DNA from: Vairimorpha necatrix
Taxonomy: Eukaryota
Assembly (NCBI GenBank): GCA_036630325.1
Contig: CP142736.1
Location: 434,001-498,000, forward strand
DNA length: 64,000 bases
Direction of reading: 5' to 3'
Below, in pieces: positions 11,727 to 24,116 of this stretch (its first letter is position 1; each line of letters opens with the position of its first letter). A model generated the notes under the pieces. It had not been told where the DNA came from. It saw only the letters and a program-made list of their open reading frames with translations, and did not search any database. Both the position numbers and the translations under genes were made by a program.

Positions 11727-12839
11727 GGATCACGGGGATTTTTTACCCCAAACGTGTATCAGTGGGAATTTTTCCCTCATTGGGGGAAAAAATCCTAAAT
11801 TGTAAATTTTCAAAATTAGAAAAAGAAAAAAATTATAAATTAATTTTTAATAGAGTTAATATCTTTAAGAAGCGTTCATTCCTATTGTTAAACTTCCACA
11901 CCATTTCCTCCAAAAAATCGGACCTTTTGCTTGTCAAGACACCTTTTCTTTTTTTTATTTCACACTTTATAACATTATTAAAGGACTCAACAGCTTGAGT
12001 ATTTGTACCTGTCGCCTTGTTTATAAATTCTTTTTTGTGGCAAACTGAAGAGTGTACATATCCTAAAGAACCTAAACTGCAATAAGATTTATGCTCATCT
12101 GTCCAAATTATGCTTCCCTCTTGGACATTGTCATGGACAATGGGTATTATTGTCGAGGCCTTTTTATTCTCGATTACACAAGCATACGCTCGGGTAATCA
12201 TTGTATCGTGTTCTACAATACACAATGCATCTGTTTTATTAGAGGGTGACCTTCCCATGTGACTTTTGGCTTTGTTGTTTAACATTGTCTCGTCGATTTG
12301 CACGACCTTGCCAGGCCCTCCCAATTTGTCGTGCCTACTATCTAGCCTTCTACAGTAATCTAAGAACTTTAAAATAATTTTTTTATAAATTTTGGTGTCA
12401 ATTTGCATCTGCTCTATTATTGAGTGCTGAGTCTGGTTGGTTGACCATTTAATTAATACCTTTATTATTGTAATAAATGTCAAATTAAACCCCTGAAAAA
12501 AGCTACCCTTGCGAATAGAGACCTGCTTTTTATAACAAGTTCAACGAGCGTTCATACATACCCAAGCAATTTGGCACTTAATTTTGAAATAATTCTTTTT
12601 AACTAACAAATTATTGCAAATTTCGCAAGTTAAGCCACTAGCTAATAGGTTAGAATACATCAGAAATTCAACTAATTCCTGATCATTCATCCTAACTAAC
12701 TCGGTCTCGAACGAATCTAAACTCATAATAAGGGGTTAAAAAAATAAAAGTAAAAGTAAAAAATTTTGAAAGGATTTTTTCCCCCAAATGTATAACAGTG
12801 GGATTTTTTCCCCCAGTGGGGGAAAAATCCCACTGATCC
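11727..12839 (-). mobile_element. Merlin transposon (one nonsense codon at 12541)
   Basis: GGATCA..TGATCC termini and 8-bp TSD AAAATCTT. VQIDET, WTDEH and NTQAVES motifs. Near-identical to 39828-40940. Confidence 0.93.
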
Positions 12840-15800
12840 AAAATCTTTGATGGAAAGGAAATTTAAAAAAGAAGTGAATAATTTTGAAAATGTTGAAGAA
12901 ATAATTAAAGATATTACGTAGATATAAAAAATATTAAATTTAGAACAATTTTTGATACTGGTTCAGAGCTAAGTTTCATTACACTTAAAATTTCAAAGAA
13001 AGTAAAAGAGAGGATGTTTAAACTAAAGGAACCAATCACTCTATATACCTGTCTATTGGAAGAATTTAAAATAAAAGAATATGTATGGTTAGATTTCAAC
13101 TACAAAGGAAATTCGTCCAGAGAAAAATTTTATATATTACCTAAAAGAACAGACGCAACAATCATCATAGGAAGAAATTGAATGTCTCGGAGACAACAAA
13201 AAGTTGAAAAATCGGATATCGGCAACTATAAGTGTCAATTGATTTAGAGTTTTCCTTCATCCAAATTGGGGGTTTATAAAATTTAAAAATAAAAATCAAC
13301 ATCCCCCTTTTTAAAACATATCGTCAACTATTAATTTAAGCTGTGCAGCATGCCTTTTAAATCTTCTACAACCAACATCAATTCAGTAAGTGTTATTATC
13401 AAGCTAGTCAACTACCATCTCCGTTTAAGCACTTTGGAGCTCCTTTTTTATTTATGCCTTTGTTCCTTATCATCACTATATCCCCCTTTTCAAAATTGTA
13501 TTCCATAGGTTTCCTTTCATGCTTCGTTTTAAATTTTAGTATTTGCAGTAGTTGCGTTTTTTTCAATTTCTCAGCATTTTCTTCATTACATGCTTCTGTT
13601 GGTGTCATTATAATTCCCGTGTAGAATGTGGTGTTGTATACGTGTAAGGCACGTGCTAATCTTTGTATCAGTAGTTTTCCGGTAATATTTTTATAAATAA
13701 GATCCTGTAAAGTCCTGTTAAAACGCTCTACCCGTCCATTTGATTGATGATGGAATGGTGTGGTATAATAAAGACTAATATTCTTGCCGGCACATAAATT
13801 TTTAACTGCATTTTCCAAATTTTTCTTCGATTGGTCGATAATTGATGTTTTTATCTTTTACTTTTCATTGATCTCTTTAATAAATTCTGCGACTCTTGAG
13901 GTTTACCGCGATTTAATTATCTTAGCAAATCTGTATCTTGTAAAATAGTCAATTCCGGTGATTATGTATTGGTTATTAATGGGCCCAACAATATCAATGG
14001 CAACCTTCTCTCCGTTCTCGTATGCTGTTACGTATAGATATCTTCTGTCCTTTTTTGGATTATATTTTGCACAAATAGTGCATCTTTTGATAGCCTTTCT
14101 TATCATCTCTTCCGCGTTTTTTACCTTAAATCCCTTTTTTTCGATTTCATACTTCATAGATTGTATCCCTCTATGTAAGAGCTCTTTATAAATTTGCTCT
14201 ATCTGTTCTTCCGTGCAAACTGTTCTTTCAACTTCATTTATCGAGAGCTGTGAACTTAATTGTGCGAGAGGGCTAATTTCTGCTGAACAATTGGTAGGGT
14301 TTCGGCTTAGACAGTCTACGTGATGGTATATCCTTTCCTTTTTTATACTTTAATTTAAAACTAAAATTAGCAATTCTCTCCAACTATCTTTGTATTCTTA
14401 ACGACTTTATTTCTCCCTTTTTTAATGCCTCTAGGGCTTTATGGTCCGTTATTACTTCAAAATCAGTACCATACAAAAAGTACTTAAAATGTTCCATGCC
14501 CCATAGTATTGGAATCATTCCTTTATACTGATTCTGTATTTTATTTCCGATTCCTGCAGTCTTCTGGATGCAAAGGCTACGGCTTTATCTTCACCTTCGA
14601 ACTCTTAGAATAATATCGCAGCTATCCCACTGTTTGACGCATCAGTCTCTAATTTAAATCGCCTATTAAAATCTGGTTGTGCCAATTCCGTGCTATGTTT
14701 AAGTGAATTTATGAGGGCTAGGAATGCATTGTTTTCTGCTTCTCTCCAGTAAAACGTCTTATCACCCTTTAACAAATCATAAAAAGGTTTGCCTATTAAT
14801 GCACAATTGATGATGAATTTTCTATAGTAATTTAACAGCCCTAGGAATTCCTGTACTTTCTTCTTATCTTTCGGAGGCTCTAGATCTTCGAGCGCCTGTG
14901 TTCGTTTCACACAAGGTAGTACTTTATTATAGGTTATTTTTTCGCCCAAAAATTTCATTTCCTCTTTTTTGACTATTGATTTTTCCATATTGATATTCAT
15001 ATTATATTCTTTAAGTATATCTGTAACTCTTTTATATGCCTCGTCATGTTCTATCTCATTCCTTCAAAAAACTAGAATGTCGTCCACATAGCAATAACAC
15101 GACTTACCGAGCTCACTATTCAGAACATGATCCATATATCGTTGAAAAATAGCTGGGCTATTTTTTATATCCTTGTGGCATTTCTTGTCCACTCATATAG
15201 CACATGCTTGTATCGGAATGCTATTTTGTGTCTATCTCTAACACTTAATGGTATCTGAAAAAATCCGAGTTTTAGGTCGATCGTAGAAAAAACTTCATAT
15301 CTCTTAAATTGCATAATATTTCATCGATATTTGGTAATGAATAACGATCAGTTCGACAAGGTTGTTCAATGATACCAAATTAGTCGTTATTCTAACCTTT
15401 CCATCCGGCTTTATTACTGGTCGAAGATTATTTAACCAGGAGGAATTCGACTTACATATGTATCCTTTCTCGATGAGTGTCATTATAGATTTATACACTT
15501 CAACTTCTAGCTTTTTTTGGTAAAAGTAATACCTTCCCCACAACCTTACATCCTTCATTTGTTTTTATTTCACAAATATATTTAAATTCATCTTTGTTCA
15601 TCACCTTCTTTATCGTGTTTACTCCTATCAGAATTTTCTCAGATTTTACCTTTGAGAGAGCATAGAAATCGGCCGTACAATTAAAGTTTTTATATCTAAA
15701 TTCTAGTGAAACATATTGTTTGATACTGAATTGTTCTTCCAAACAGGTCCAGAATTTTTTTTATCTCATTCAATTCTTTAGGTATGAGTGATAGTCTTTG

Positions 15801-16337
15801 TATCACTGAGTAACTAATAAAGTTATATTTTGCACCAGTGTCAAATAAAACTGCAACTTTTTCGTCTTTAACATAGATAAAACTCTCTTTATTTAAAATT
15901 TCTGCAATATCTTCGCTTATCTCATTGATTCTCCTAGATCTATCGGTATCTTTTCCGTTATTTCTCACATTTTCAGGATACTTTCGACATGACCTAGCGA
16001 AATGACCCCATCGTCCGCATTTATAACATCCTGTAGACCTAGAATTTTCGTCGATTTTAAAGCAGTTAATTTTGCTAAAAGAGAATTTGGGTTATTCTTC
16101 TTGTCTACTTGTTTCTCTTTTTTCTTTTCTTCTTCCATGCAATGAATTTCTCTGAAGTTCCCGAGCTCCTATTGATTTAACTGACCATAGATATTTTTTT
16201 ATTTCGCTAAATCTGCATTTAGTCCTTCTGCGATGATGTCTCAATATCTAAATCTCTCAACTTGTAGATACTAGCCTTTTCTTTTACCCTTTCTATAAAG
16301 GCTACGATGCCTTCGTTCTCATCCTGGTTTACAGGGG

Positions 16338-16473
16338 TTTGCATTTTTTGCGTCCAACTTTTGCATTTTTTTTAGTCCAACTTTTGCATTTTTTTTAGTC
16401 CAACTTTTGCATTTTTATAGTCCAACTTTTGCATTTTATAGTCCAACTTTTGCATTTTTATAGTCCAACTTTT
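16338..16473. repeat. Tandem array of about six 20-22-bp units (TTTTGCATTTTTTAGTCCAAC)
   Basis: Read directly. The unit matches the inner part of the Tc1-like TIR. No spacers. Confidence 0.9.
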
Positions 16474-16932
16474 GAAAAAAAATAACAAAAAACCCAGATT
16501 TTGATACAATGAACAAAAATAGAATTATGTGTAAATAATATACAACCTCATTTAATTAGATAAACTCGTTTTTCTGCCTTGCCATTTCTAGCCATCTTAC
16601 CATATTAGTGTAGAATCCATCACACGAAAGGCTAAAATCATTGTTCAGCACTTGCTCCAAATCCGTTTCTACTGTATTATTTGAGTTTCGTATAGCACAA
16701 AACCTCGATTTTATCATAGAAAAAAATTCTTCAATGGGATTAAGTTGTGGGGAATACGGAGGCAAAAAAACATAAGATATGCCCAATTCTCTTAGCTTAT
16801 CCAAAACTTCTCTTGAATGATGAAATTTAGCATTATCCATTATTAAACTTTTTTGAGGATTTGTTTGGAAAAAATCTACAAGATGCCTTTCAATAAATTC
16901 GACGAATAGAGCAGAATTATATGCGCCCCTTT

Positions 16933-18007
16933 GGCTAAAATCAGCATTAGTGTAAAAAAAATGGGGGGGGGGTCAAAATTTTTAAAAAATTGCCCCTTTT
17001 TTAAAAAAAGGAAGGGAAGAGAAAACTTCAGGAAAATCCTAAAATGCAATTAAGATGTAGAAATGCATAAAAATTAACATTAAAATAAATAAATATATCA
17101 AAAACATAATTTTTATAATGCTTCGAAGGTATTTTGATTCTCATTTCTCCTAATCATATAGAGGGTCAAATATATCTCAGTTAGTTCATATGTCCTACAC
17201 CTATTGGGTATAGAGGCTTTTAAAGACCTCCAATTCCCTTCGATGGTGTTTGTATGAACACCCGTCTCACTGTCTCTAAAAATTTGACTGTGATTCACAG
17301 TCCTATGGTCCGCATAATGATTTTTTAACGTTGAATACGCCCTCCACATATCCGAATAAATGACGGATTCAAAATTTACATGCTTAAATAAAATGGGGAG
17401 CAATGTTTCCTTGTTTCTTTTTTTATTATTTGAAAGATTATCTTCTTTTCGGCTGTCCTTTCTACCATCCCGAAACACCAAAAACCTTTAACCAATCTTC
17501 CCCTGTGGTATTTATTCTTCCCTATTTTACTTTCATCGATCTCTACTATAATATTTCCGCCTCCAATTTGTTTTGTATTATTTATATACTTCTCGTAAAT
17601 TTTTAATTTATATAATTTTTCGAGTGTGTAACTTATATTTTGACCATTACAATCCAAAATTTTGTAAATTTGCGCTATTTTAATTCCAATTTTCCTCAGA
17701 TTAATTATTTTCAACATAAGAAGATGATCTATTTTACTATTTGAAAATAAGGTATTATTCCAAATTGAAAATCTGTGCCTGCATTTGGGAAACTTGCATC
17801 TCAAATAAGCTGTTTCGTTGGATACTCTAGACGTATTCCAACCACATTTTGCACATTTCTGCTTATATTTCTTGTTTAGCAGACGTTCGTAAAAATCTTC
17901 AATTTCTTCCTTACTCAGCATTCCCTTCCTTTTTTTAAAAAAGGGGCAATTTTTTAAAAATTTTGACCCCCCCCCCCATTTTTTTTACACTAATGCTGAT
18001 TTTAGCC
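16933..18007 (-). mobile_element. Merlin transposon with ~85-bp TIRs, one frameshift
   Basis: TIR GGCTAAAATCAGCATTAGTG, TSD GCCCCTTT. ORFs 17376-17921 and 17113-17481 carry EIDES, YSDMW and TNTIEG. Confidence 0.93.
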
Positions 18008-21000
18008 GCCCCTTTTCATTTCGTATGATATAATATTCGATTTTGAAATCACGAAAGACAACTTAAATTTTTGCCTCGATTTGCGGGGACTGTTTAATTG
18101 CTTTTTTATTTTTATAAAATAACCCAAAATGCCTTGTGGTATGGGCATTAAATCCAGTTTCATCCAAAAAAATCAAATTTTCTAGTGAATACCCCGATAT
18201 TTCCATGGCATATTCAGCTCTTTTATCAATTTTGTCCTGCGAATTACGCTCTGCAGGAATTAGAGATAGTCTTTTTCTTGTAATATTGAGATATTTAAAC
18301 TTTCGAGAAATAGTAGACAGAGACATTGAAACATTTCCTAAAGTATCTAGTTCTTCTTTGATTTCACCAAGAGTCTTGTCATTACTACGTACAATTATGT
18401 TTTTTGGCACAAGGTCGGATGGCTTTAATACACTAGGAGATGATACTTTGATACGATTTATTGTACTTGTAGAACAAATGGATTCTCCCTCTAACATTTT
18501 CCTATGTATCCTCCAAACTGTTTTATACCTTAAATCTAATGTAGTAGCTATATCTTTTAATGTCAAGTTTTCGTTTTTTATATGTTTTTCAATAAGTTTT
18601 AAGACATCTGGAGTGACTGTAGATCTTGGTTTTCTAGGCATTAGGGGAGTTTTTTTCAAAAAAAAGGCCTTCGGAAATAAAAAAAAAATGGACTATAAAA
18701 ATGCAAACCCCTGTAATCGGTATATCTCCTCTAGGGAAATCTCTTTCTTACCAAATACTTTTTTGGCGGACTCTAACCATTTTTTCATACAAAAGAACGC
18801 ACTTTCTTCGCGACTCTAAAAACTTCCCATGCCATTCTATAATGGCGTACCCTGCTCTTTCTATGATTTACTCAATTTTATCTTCATCGTTCATGTTGAT
18901 GAAGAAAGACAGCATTCCAAGTCTCTTACATTCTTTAAGTAGGTTTTCTTTTGTTATAACCATGTTTATGGGCTTTGATGTCCCATTCTCCACCATGTCA
19001 ATTGATTTAGTGTTTTCCTTCATCCAAATTGGGGGTTTATAAAATTTAAAAAAAATATCAACAATAAGGAAGAATTTTAAAAGCTGTGTGTATGTATATC
19101 AGAAGGTATATAGGATTTTGAATGTAGAATTGAAACCGAAAAAGGAAAAAAAAGTTGTCGTAAGTTCATATAGAATTCCACAAGCTTGGGAAAGGAAAGT
19201 AGAAGTGGAAATACAAAGGTTGTTAAAAAACAACTATATTCAGGAGTCTAAATCCACTTGGTTGAATAACGTGAGACCTGTAGAGAAAAAAGATGGTAGT
19301 GTTAGTTTAACTACAAATTTAATTAAACTTAATAACATATTGGAATTAGATAGTTATATGTTACCTAGATTAGAAGAATTGATTTTTTGCTTAGGTAAAA
19401 GCAAATATTTTTCTAAAATTGATCTTAAAGAAGCATTTTTTTAGGTAAAACACGTGAAGCTGACAGAGAAAAAACAGCCTTTAGAATCAAAAAAAAACAT
19501 ATGAATATGTAAGAATGCCAAAGGGATTTAAAAATTCGCCGGCAATGTTTCAAAGAGTTATCGATAAAGTTTTAAACGAAGAAATTGGTAAGACATGCTT
19601 TGCATATGTCGATGATGTTTTGGTTTTTACAGAAACTATCGAAGAACATAACAAAGCTTTAGCCAAAGTATGCTATTTGCTTAATAAAGCAGAATTTCCG
19701 CAAATAAAGATAAAATAACAATTTTAAAAGAAGAAGTTGAATTTTTAGGTCATAAAATTCTACAACATAAATTAAGACTTCTAATAGATAAACCCGAAGG
19801 AATAGTTAATAAAAAACACCAATGAATGCAGAAGATGTTAGGAAATTTTTAGGAGTTGTTAATTATCTTAGAAAATTTTATTAGGATTTGTTAGACATCT
19901 GTAATCTGTTGGTAATATTGTTAAAGAAAAATCACCAGTTTGTGTGTGGAGAAAGCCAAGAACAGGTATTTAAGGAACTAAAAAATATTAACTTCAAAAC
20001 TATGTTTATACCAACCAGATTTATTATCTAATTTAATCTTAACGACCGATGCATCATACACTGGACTTTATGCAATACTTAGCCAAATTCGTGATGGAAT
20101 AGAACGACTAATAGCATTTGCATCAAGACAACTGAGAGATGCAGAATTAAATTATACTATTACCGAGAAAGAAATGCTTGCTTCGTTATGGGCGATGTAA
20201 CACTTTAAATATTGGTTATTTGGTAGGAAATTTACGATTTTTACAGAACACATTGCGCTAAAAGCCCCTAACCAAAAAGGTGAAATTAAATCATCACAAA
20301 TCATTAGATGGATAGAAAGGATCCAGATGTATGACTTTGGATTAAATATAAGAAACCAACCGAATTGGAACATGTTGATGCGTTATCACACCAACACAAA
20401 GTAATAAATAATATCAATCGGACCTCTCATAAAGAGTACATAGTAAAAGCCCATGAAAAACTAGTTCATAGGGGAGCCAAAGCCACTTCCGAGTACTTAT
20501 CTGAAAGTGAGCCAGATAAAAATATTAAATTGGCAGGAGTAAAAGAAACTGTTAAAGATTGTCTAAAGTGTAAAGAATATAACCCTGTAAGAATAACAGG
20601 ATATAGACAGATTGAAGCTTTTGAACCTGGAGAAAAAGTGGCTTTCGACATTATAGGTCCAATAGAAAACTCTTACATTTTTACAGCAATAGATTACTTT
20701 TCGAGATACGCTGTAGCAAAAGTATTTAAAAATAAAACAAGCACAAATTTATTAATGTTCTTGGAAATAGTTAATGAGAATTTTAAGGTGAAGACATTGG
20801 TTTCCGATGCAGCTAAAGAAAATAGTAGTGACTATATGAGAAATTGGATGATAGAAAAAAAAGATTACTCATCACAATACTTCTCCATACCATCATTGCT
20901 CAAACGGTAGAATAGAACATTTTAATAGAACGATGCGCGAAGGTGTAAACAAACAAGAGAAAACGATAAGATTATCGAAACGAGTTGAAAATGTACTTGA

Positions 21001-21907
21001 TAGTTACAACAACATTCGTCATTCAGCTACAAACTTAACACCTAAAGAGGCATTGAATCTTGAAAACCTAGAACTACTAAAAAATAGACATTTTGAAAAT
21101 AGAATTGAGAAGTACAAGGAAATGTTAAACAAACTAAATATCTAAAATTATATCTACGTGACTTTGTTCTAATTGAAGATTACATACATAAATACAAAGG
21201 ACAGCCAAAATTTTCTGCTATGGGCGAAGTTGTAGGTATACTGGCTAACGATACTTATCTAATTAATGTAAAGGTAAAGTCAGTAAAAGACACATACTTC
21301 AGTTACGTAAATTATAAAAAAAGGAGTTACATCTTTAGAGAGGGAAAGAGGGCACAAATACCTAGTCGCGGGGATGTTGTGGATTGAATTTCCAAAGATA
21401 TATTTTATAAATAAATACCCCTTAACTTGGATATGTCTAACAAAAAATATTATTTTATATACGAATATATCTTTATTTGATGTTTTTAATGTTAAAAGAT
21501 GTATGTAATTGAATTGCTACTGCTTTTCTTCTTTTTTCTACATTTATTTCTGTGTTTGAAAAAACAAAGTAACACTCTCCGGGGGTATTTTCAGGTCTCA
21601 ATCCACTTTCTGAAAGTTTTAGATTTATATTAATTTCGCCTTCTTACCTTCCGTCCATGGTGAGGTATTATAAATACCACAGATTATTTATTTTTTATTT
21701 TATCAATTTCCCCTTTTTGGAATACACCATTCGACCGGTCTATTCCAAAAATCAAATATTTATTTCCTTTTTGCCCCGACCCCCACAAAATCATGAGACA
21801 TAATGAAGATCATCGCCCTTGGAATCTACGACCAAGGAAGGGCCTCAGAGCCAGGACCAGTATCCCATTACAGATGCCCAACGAGGCTTATATCAATACA
21901 ATAAATC

Positions 21908-22886
21908 GGAGCAGGGGGCCACGTTGGTCAAAAAATGGTATTTAAGCGAATTTGTTTTTTTTACCCCAAAAATGAAAAGTCGAGAGGAAGAGCTCTTGAA
22001 CATCTTTACAACAGCAATTCAAAATAAGACTGTAAAATGTCCAAAATGCGATGCTTACTGTAAAGTAAGTAATAAAAATAAATTAATGACTAAATGTGTT
22101 TGGAAAGCATGTCGGAGGAAAGTGTCATTATTAAAAGACTCTCCATTTTTTTACAAAAAGACAAATATTTTAGATGTTTTGTTAATAATAAAATTATGGT
22201 CTTGTAAGGTTAACCAGTTTGCTATAGGAGAATTTCTTGATATTGGTAAAAGATGTATTCGACATATCATAAAAAAAACAATTTCTACAATTGAAAATAA
22301 AGTATACGAACGAACTGGTAAAATCGGTGGACCAGGAATAATAGTAGAAATAGATATAAGCAATTTTGGTAAAGTAAAATACCACAGAGGACATCGGGTT
22401 GAAGGTGTATGGGTTTGGGGGATGGTTGAAAGAACCATCCAAAGAAAGATAGTTATGATTCCAGTCGACAATAGGAAAGCCAAAACACTAGAAGAAATAA
22501 TTAAAAATTATGTTCACTCCGAATCAATTATACACAGTGACTGCTTCAAGTCTTATTTTAAGTTAAAAGACTATTTTGCTGAACACAAAACTGTTCATAA
22601 TTCATTGGAGTTTGTAAATAATTCCAATAGATGTCATACTAACACAATTGAAGGAAATTGGAGTGGATTAAAAAATGAGACTTCGGCAAGACACAGAACC
22701 AGAACATTGATTACTGGTTCGTTGATAAGATATATGTTAAGAAGGAACTTTGAAGGTGATTTATTTACGAATATTATAAAATTTATTTTTTCTTCCTTTT
22801 TTGCCGTTTTGACTTTCCAAAAAAAGGGTCTTTTTTTAAAAAAAATATTTATACCATTTTTTTGACCAAAGTGGCCCCTTTAACCC
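21908..22886 (+). mobile_element. Merlin transposon
   Basis: Imperfect TIRs (GGGGCCAC.TTGGTCAAAAAATGGTAT) and 8-bp TSD AATAAATC. Confidence 0.9.
21972..22865 (+). CDS. Merlin/ISXO2-like transposase (open frame; DE motif reads DI)
   Basis: ATG follows CCCC. Zn-ribbon CPKC..CVWKAC, then VEIDISNFG, HSDCF and TNTIEGNW. Confidence 0.75.
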   Translation: MKSREEELLNIFTTAIQNKTVKCPKCDAYCKVSNKNKLMTKCVWKACRRKVSLLKDSPFFYKKTNILDVLLIIKLWSCKVNQFAIGEFLDIGKRCIRHIIKKTISTIENKVYERTGKIGGPGIIVEIDISNFGKVKYHRGHRVEGVWVWGMVERTIQRKIVMIPVDNRKAKTLEEIIKNYVHSESIIHSDCFKSYFKLKDYFAEHKTVHNSLEFVNNSNRCHTNTIEGNWSGLKNETSARHRTRTLITGSLIRYMLRRNFEGDLFTNIIKFIFSSFFAVLTFQKKGLFLKKIFIPFF

Positions 22887-24116
22887 AATAAATCAGTTAA
22901 TCTAATAGAATTATATTTGTCCAGAGGTACTCCTCTGGATTACGTCACATGGTAATACTGTTACATTATTTAAGTTTTTTTAACTCGGGGTCAAACAAAT
23001 CAATTTGTTGAAATGCTAAAATTGACACATGATTGATATAAATTAAATACTAAACTTAAAGAGTGTATTTATTGAAACAAGAAGTTTTTGAAGCACATCA
23101 AGATTTTCATATTCTAAAAACATATGAGACGGTAAATCTATAGTAATTGATGTAGTTTTTTCAATTATTGCAAAAAAAAAATCTACTTAAATTATAACAT
23201 ATGATTGTTTTTGTGCCTTTATGAAACTTTATACAAATTTAAATTAATAGCATTATTCAGTTGCGTGCCAAATTACCAAGGTTCTTTAAAAGATGTAGTC
23301 ATAAAAGAAATAGATAATGAACTTATTCAATATTTGACCATAATGAAATATTTTGTGAAGGAAATATATTTATCAATGAGTCTGATCTTCTAATTTTAGT
23401 GAAGTTAGAAGGAGCAATAGTATATTTTGATATTTCGTTAAGTAATGATAATAACAAGACTCCAGACCAATATAGCAACGTGGAAGATATTGCTCTAGAT
23501 ATTGAGAAAAAAATGTTTGAAATTGATGTTAACATTAACAAGTATTGCATTTTACTTATTTATAAAAAAAATGATTCAAAAAAAATATATTAGAACAATT
23601 TCATATCACATATAAAAAAAAAACAAATTTAAAAAAAAAAATAATAAAAGAAAAATGGGGATATATTACGATTATAATCTCGAAAATAATTGCATACTGA
23701 AGAGGAAAATTTTTGATAGAGAAAATATACTGGGCGTTGATAGAAAATTTGATAGTTTTTGTGATTTCTTAATTTCTTATGATCGAGAAAAGGGTTTATT
23801 TTTACAGTTCAAATCTATAAAAATAATCTTAGTTACTTTTCTTGGTACAGGAAAATGATTTTTATATCCTTTGTAACAACACTCTTAATTAGTACTATAA
23901 AAGCAATAAAAATAAAAAAGAGATATACAAATCTTTTCTGGATTTTGTGAACTATTTGATCCTAAAGAAATTAATAATTTTAACTTTTTTGAAACTATGA
24001 CTAAAAAACAACAAGATTAAAAATGATGATCTATTTTTTAAAAATAGTATAAAAAAGAATAAAGTGGTCATAAAACAACGAGAGAAGATATTTATATATA
24101 TATATATATATATATA

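Larger units (their letters stand above)
16332..18713 (-). mobile_element. Tc1/mariner-IS630-like DNA transposon
   Basis: TIR CAGGGGTTTGCATTTTT with TA duplication. Transposase at 18063-18659 (HTH, FLDETG) and 16556-16840 (MDNAKFHH, PYSPQLNPIEE), interrupted by a Merlin. Confidence 0.9.
13233..19063 (-). mobile_element. Ty3/Gypsy element with 68-69-bp LTRs (family D), decayed
   Basis: LTRs at 13233-13301 and 18996-19063. TSD ATAAG, PBS TGGTGGAGAATGGG, PPT AAAAAGGGGGA. PR LFDTGA, RNase H LETDAS, IN SNGRVER. Confidence 0.92.
11118..21442 (+). mobile_element. Ty3/Gypsy element with 68-bp LTRs (family C), decayed, carrying nested inserts
   Basis: LTRs at 11118-11185 and 21375-21442. TSD ATAAA/AAAAA, PBS TGGTGGAGAAT. 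Gag from ~11170, PR IFDTGS ~12950, RT YVDD ~19610, IN 20365-21145. Confidence 0.85.
21661..22947 (+). repeat. Solo LTR (lineage A-like) interrupted by Merlin
   Basis: TGAGGTAT...ACGTCA with TSD CATGG. Homologous to 28142-28465. Encodes NLIELYLSRGTPL. Confidence 0.75.

Noticed and set aside
11315-11998. 227-aa ORF as a real gene
   Set aside because: A gag fragment fused to the antisense strand of the inserted Merlin.
11727-12839. Bacterial IS1595 elements or a prokaryotic origin of the window
   Set aside because: These elements are nested with LTR retrotransposons and no operons are seen. The eukaryotic Merlin superfamily explains the similarity.
16338-16473. Possible CRISPR-like array
   Set aside because: The units are contiguous with no unique spacers, they match the Tc1-like TIR, and no cas genes are present.
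18136-18819. Long antisense ORFs here and at 4366, 22151, 34195, 45553, 53461 and similar
   Set aside because: Shadow frames opposite TE coding sequence with no recognisable motifs.
21819-21971. N-terminal extension of the Merlin transposase
   Set aside because: It starts at TTG in the flanking LTR, outside the TIR. The likely start is the ATG at 21972.
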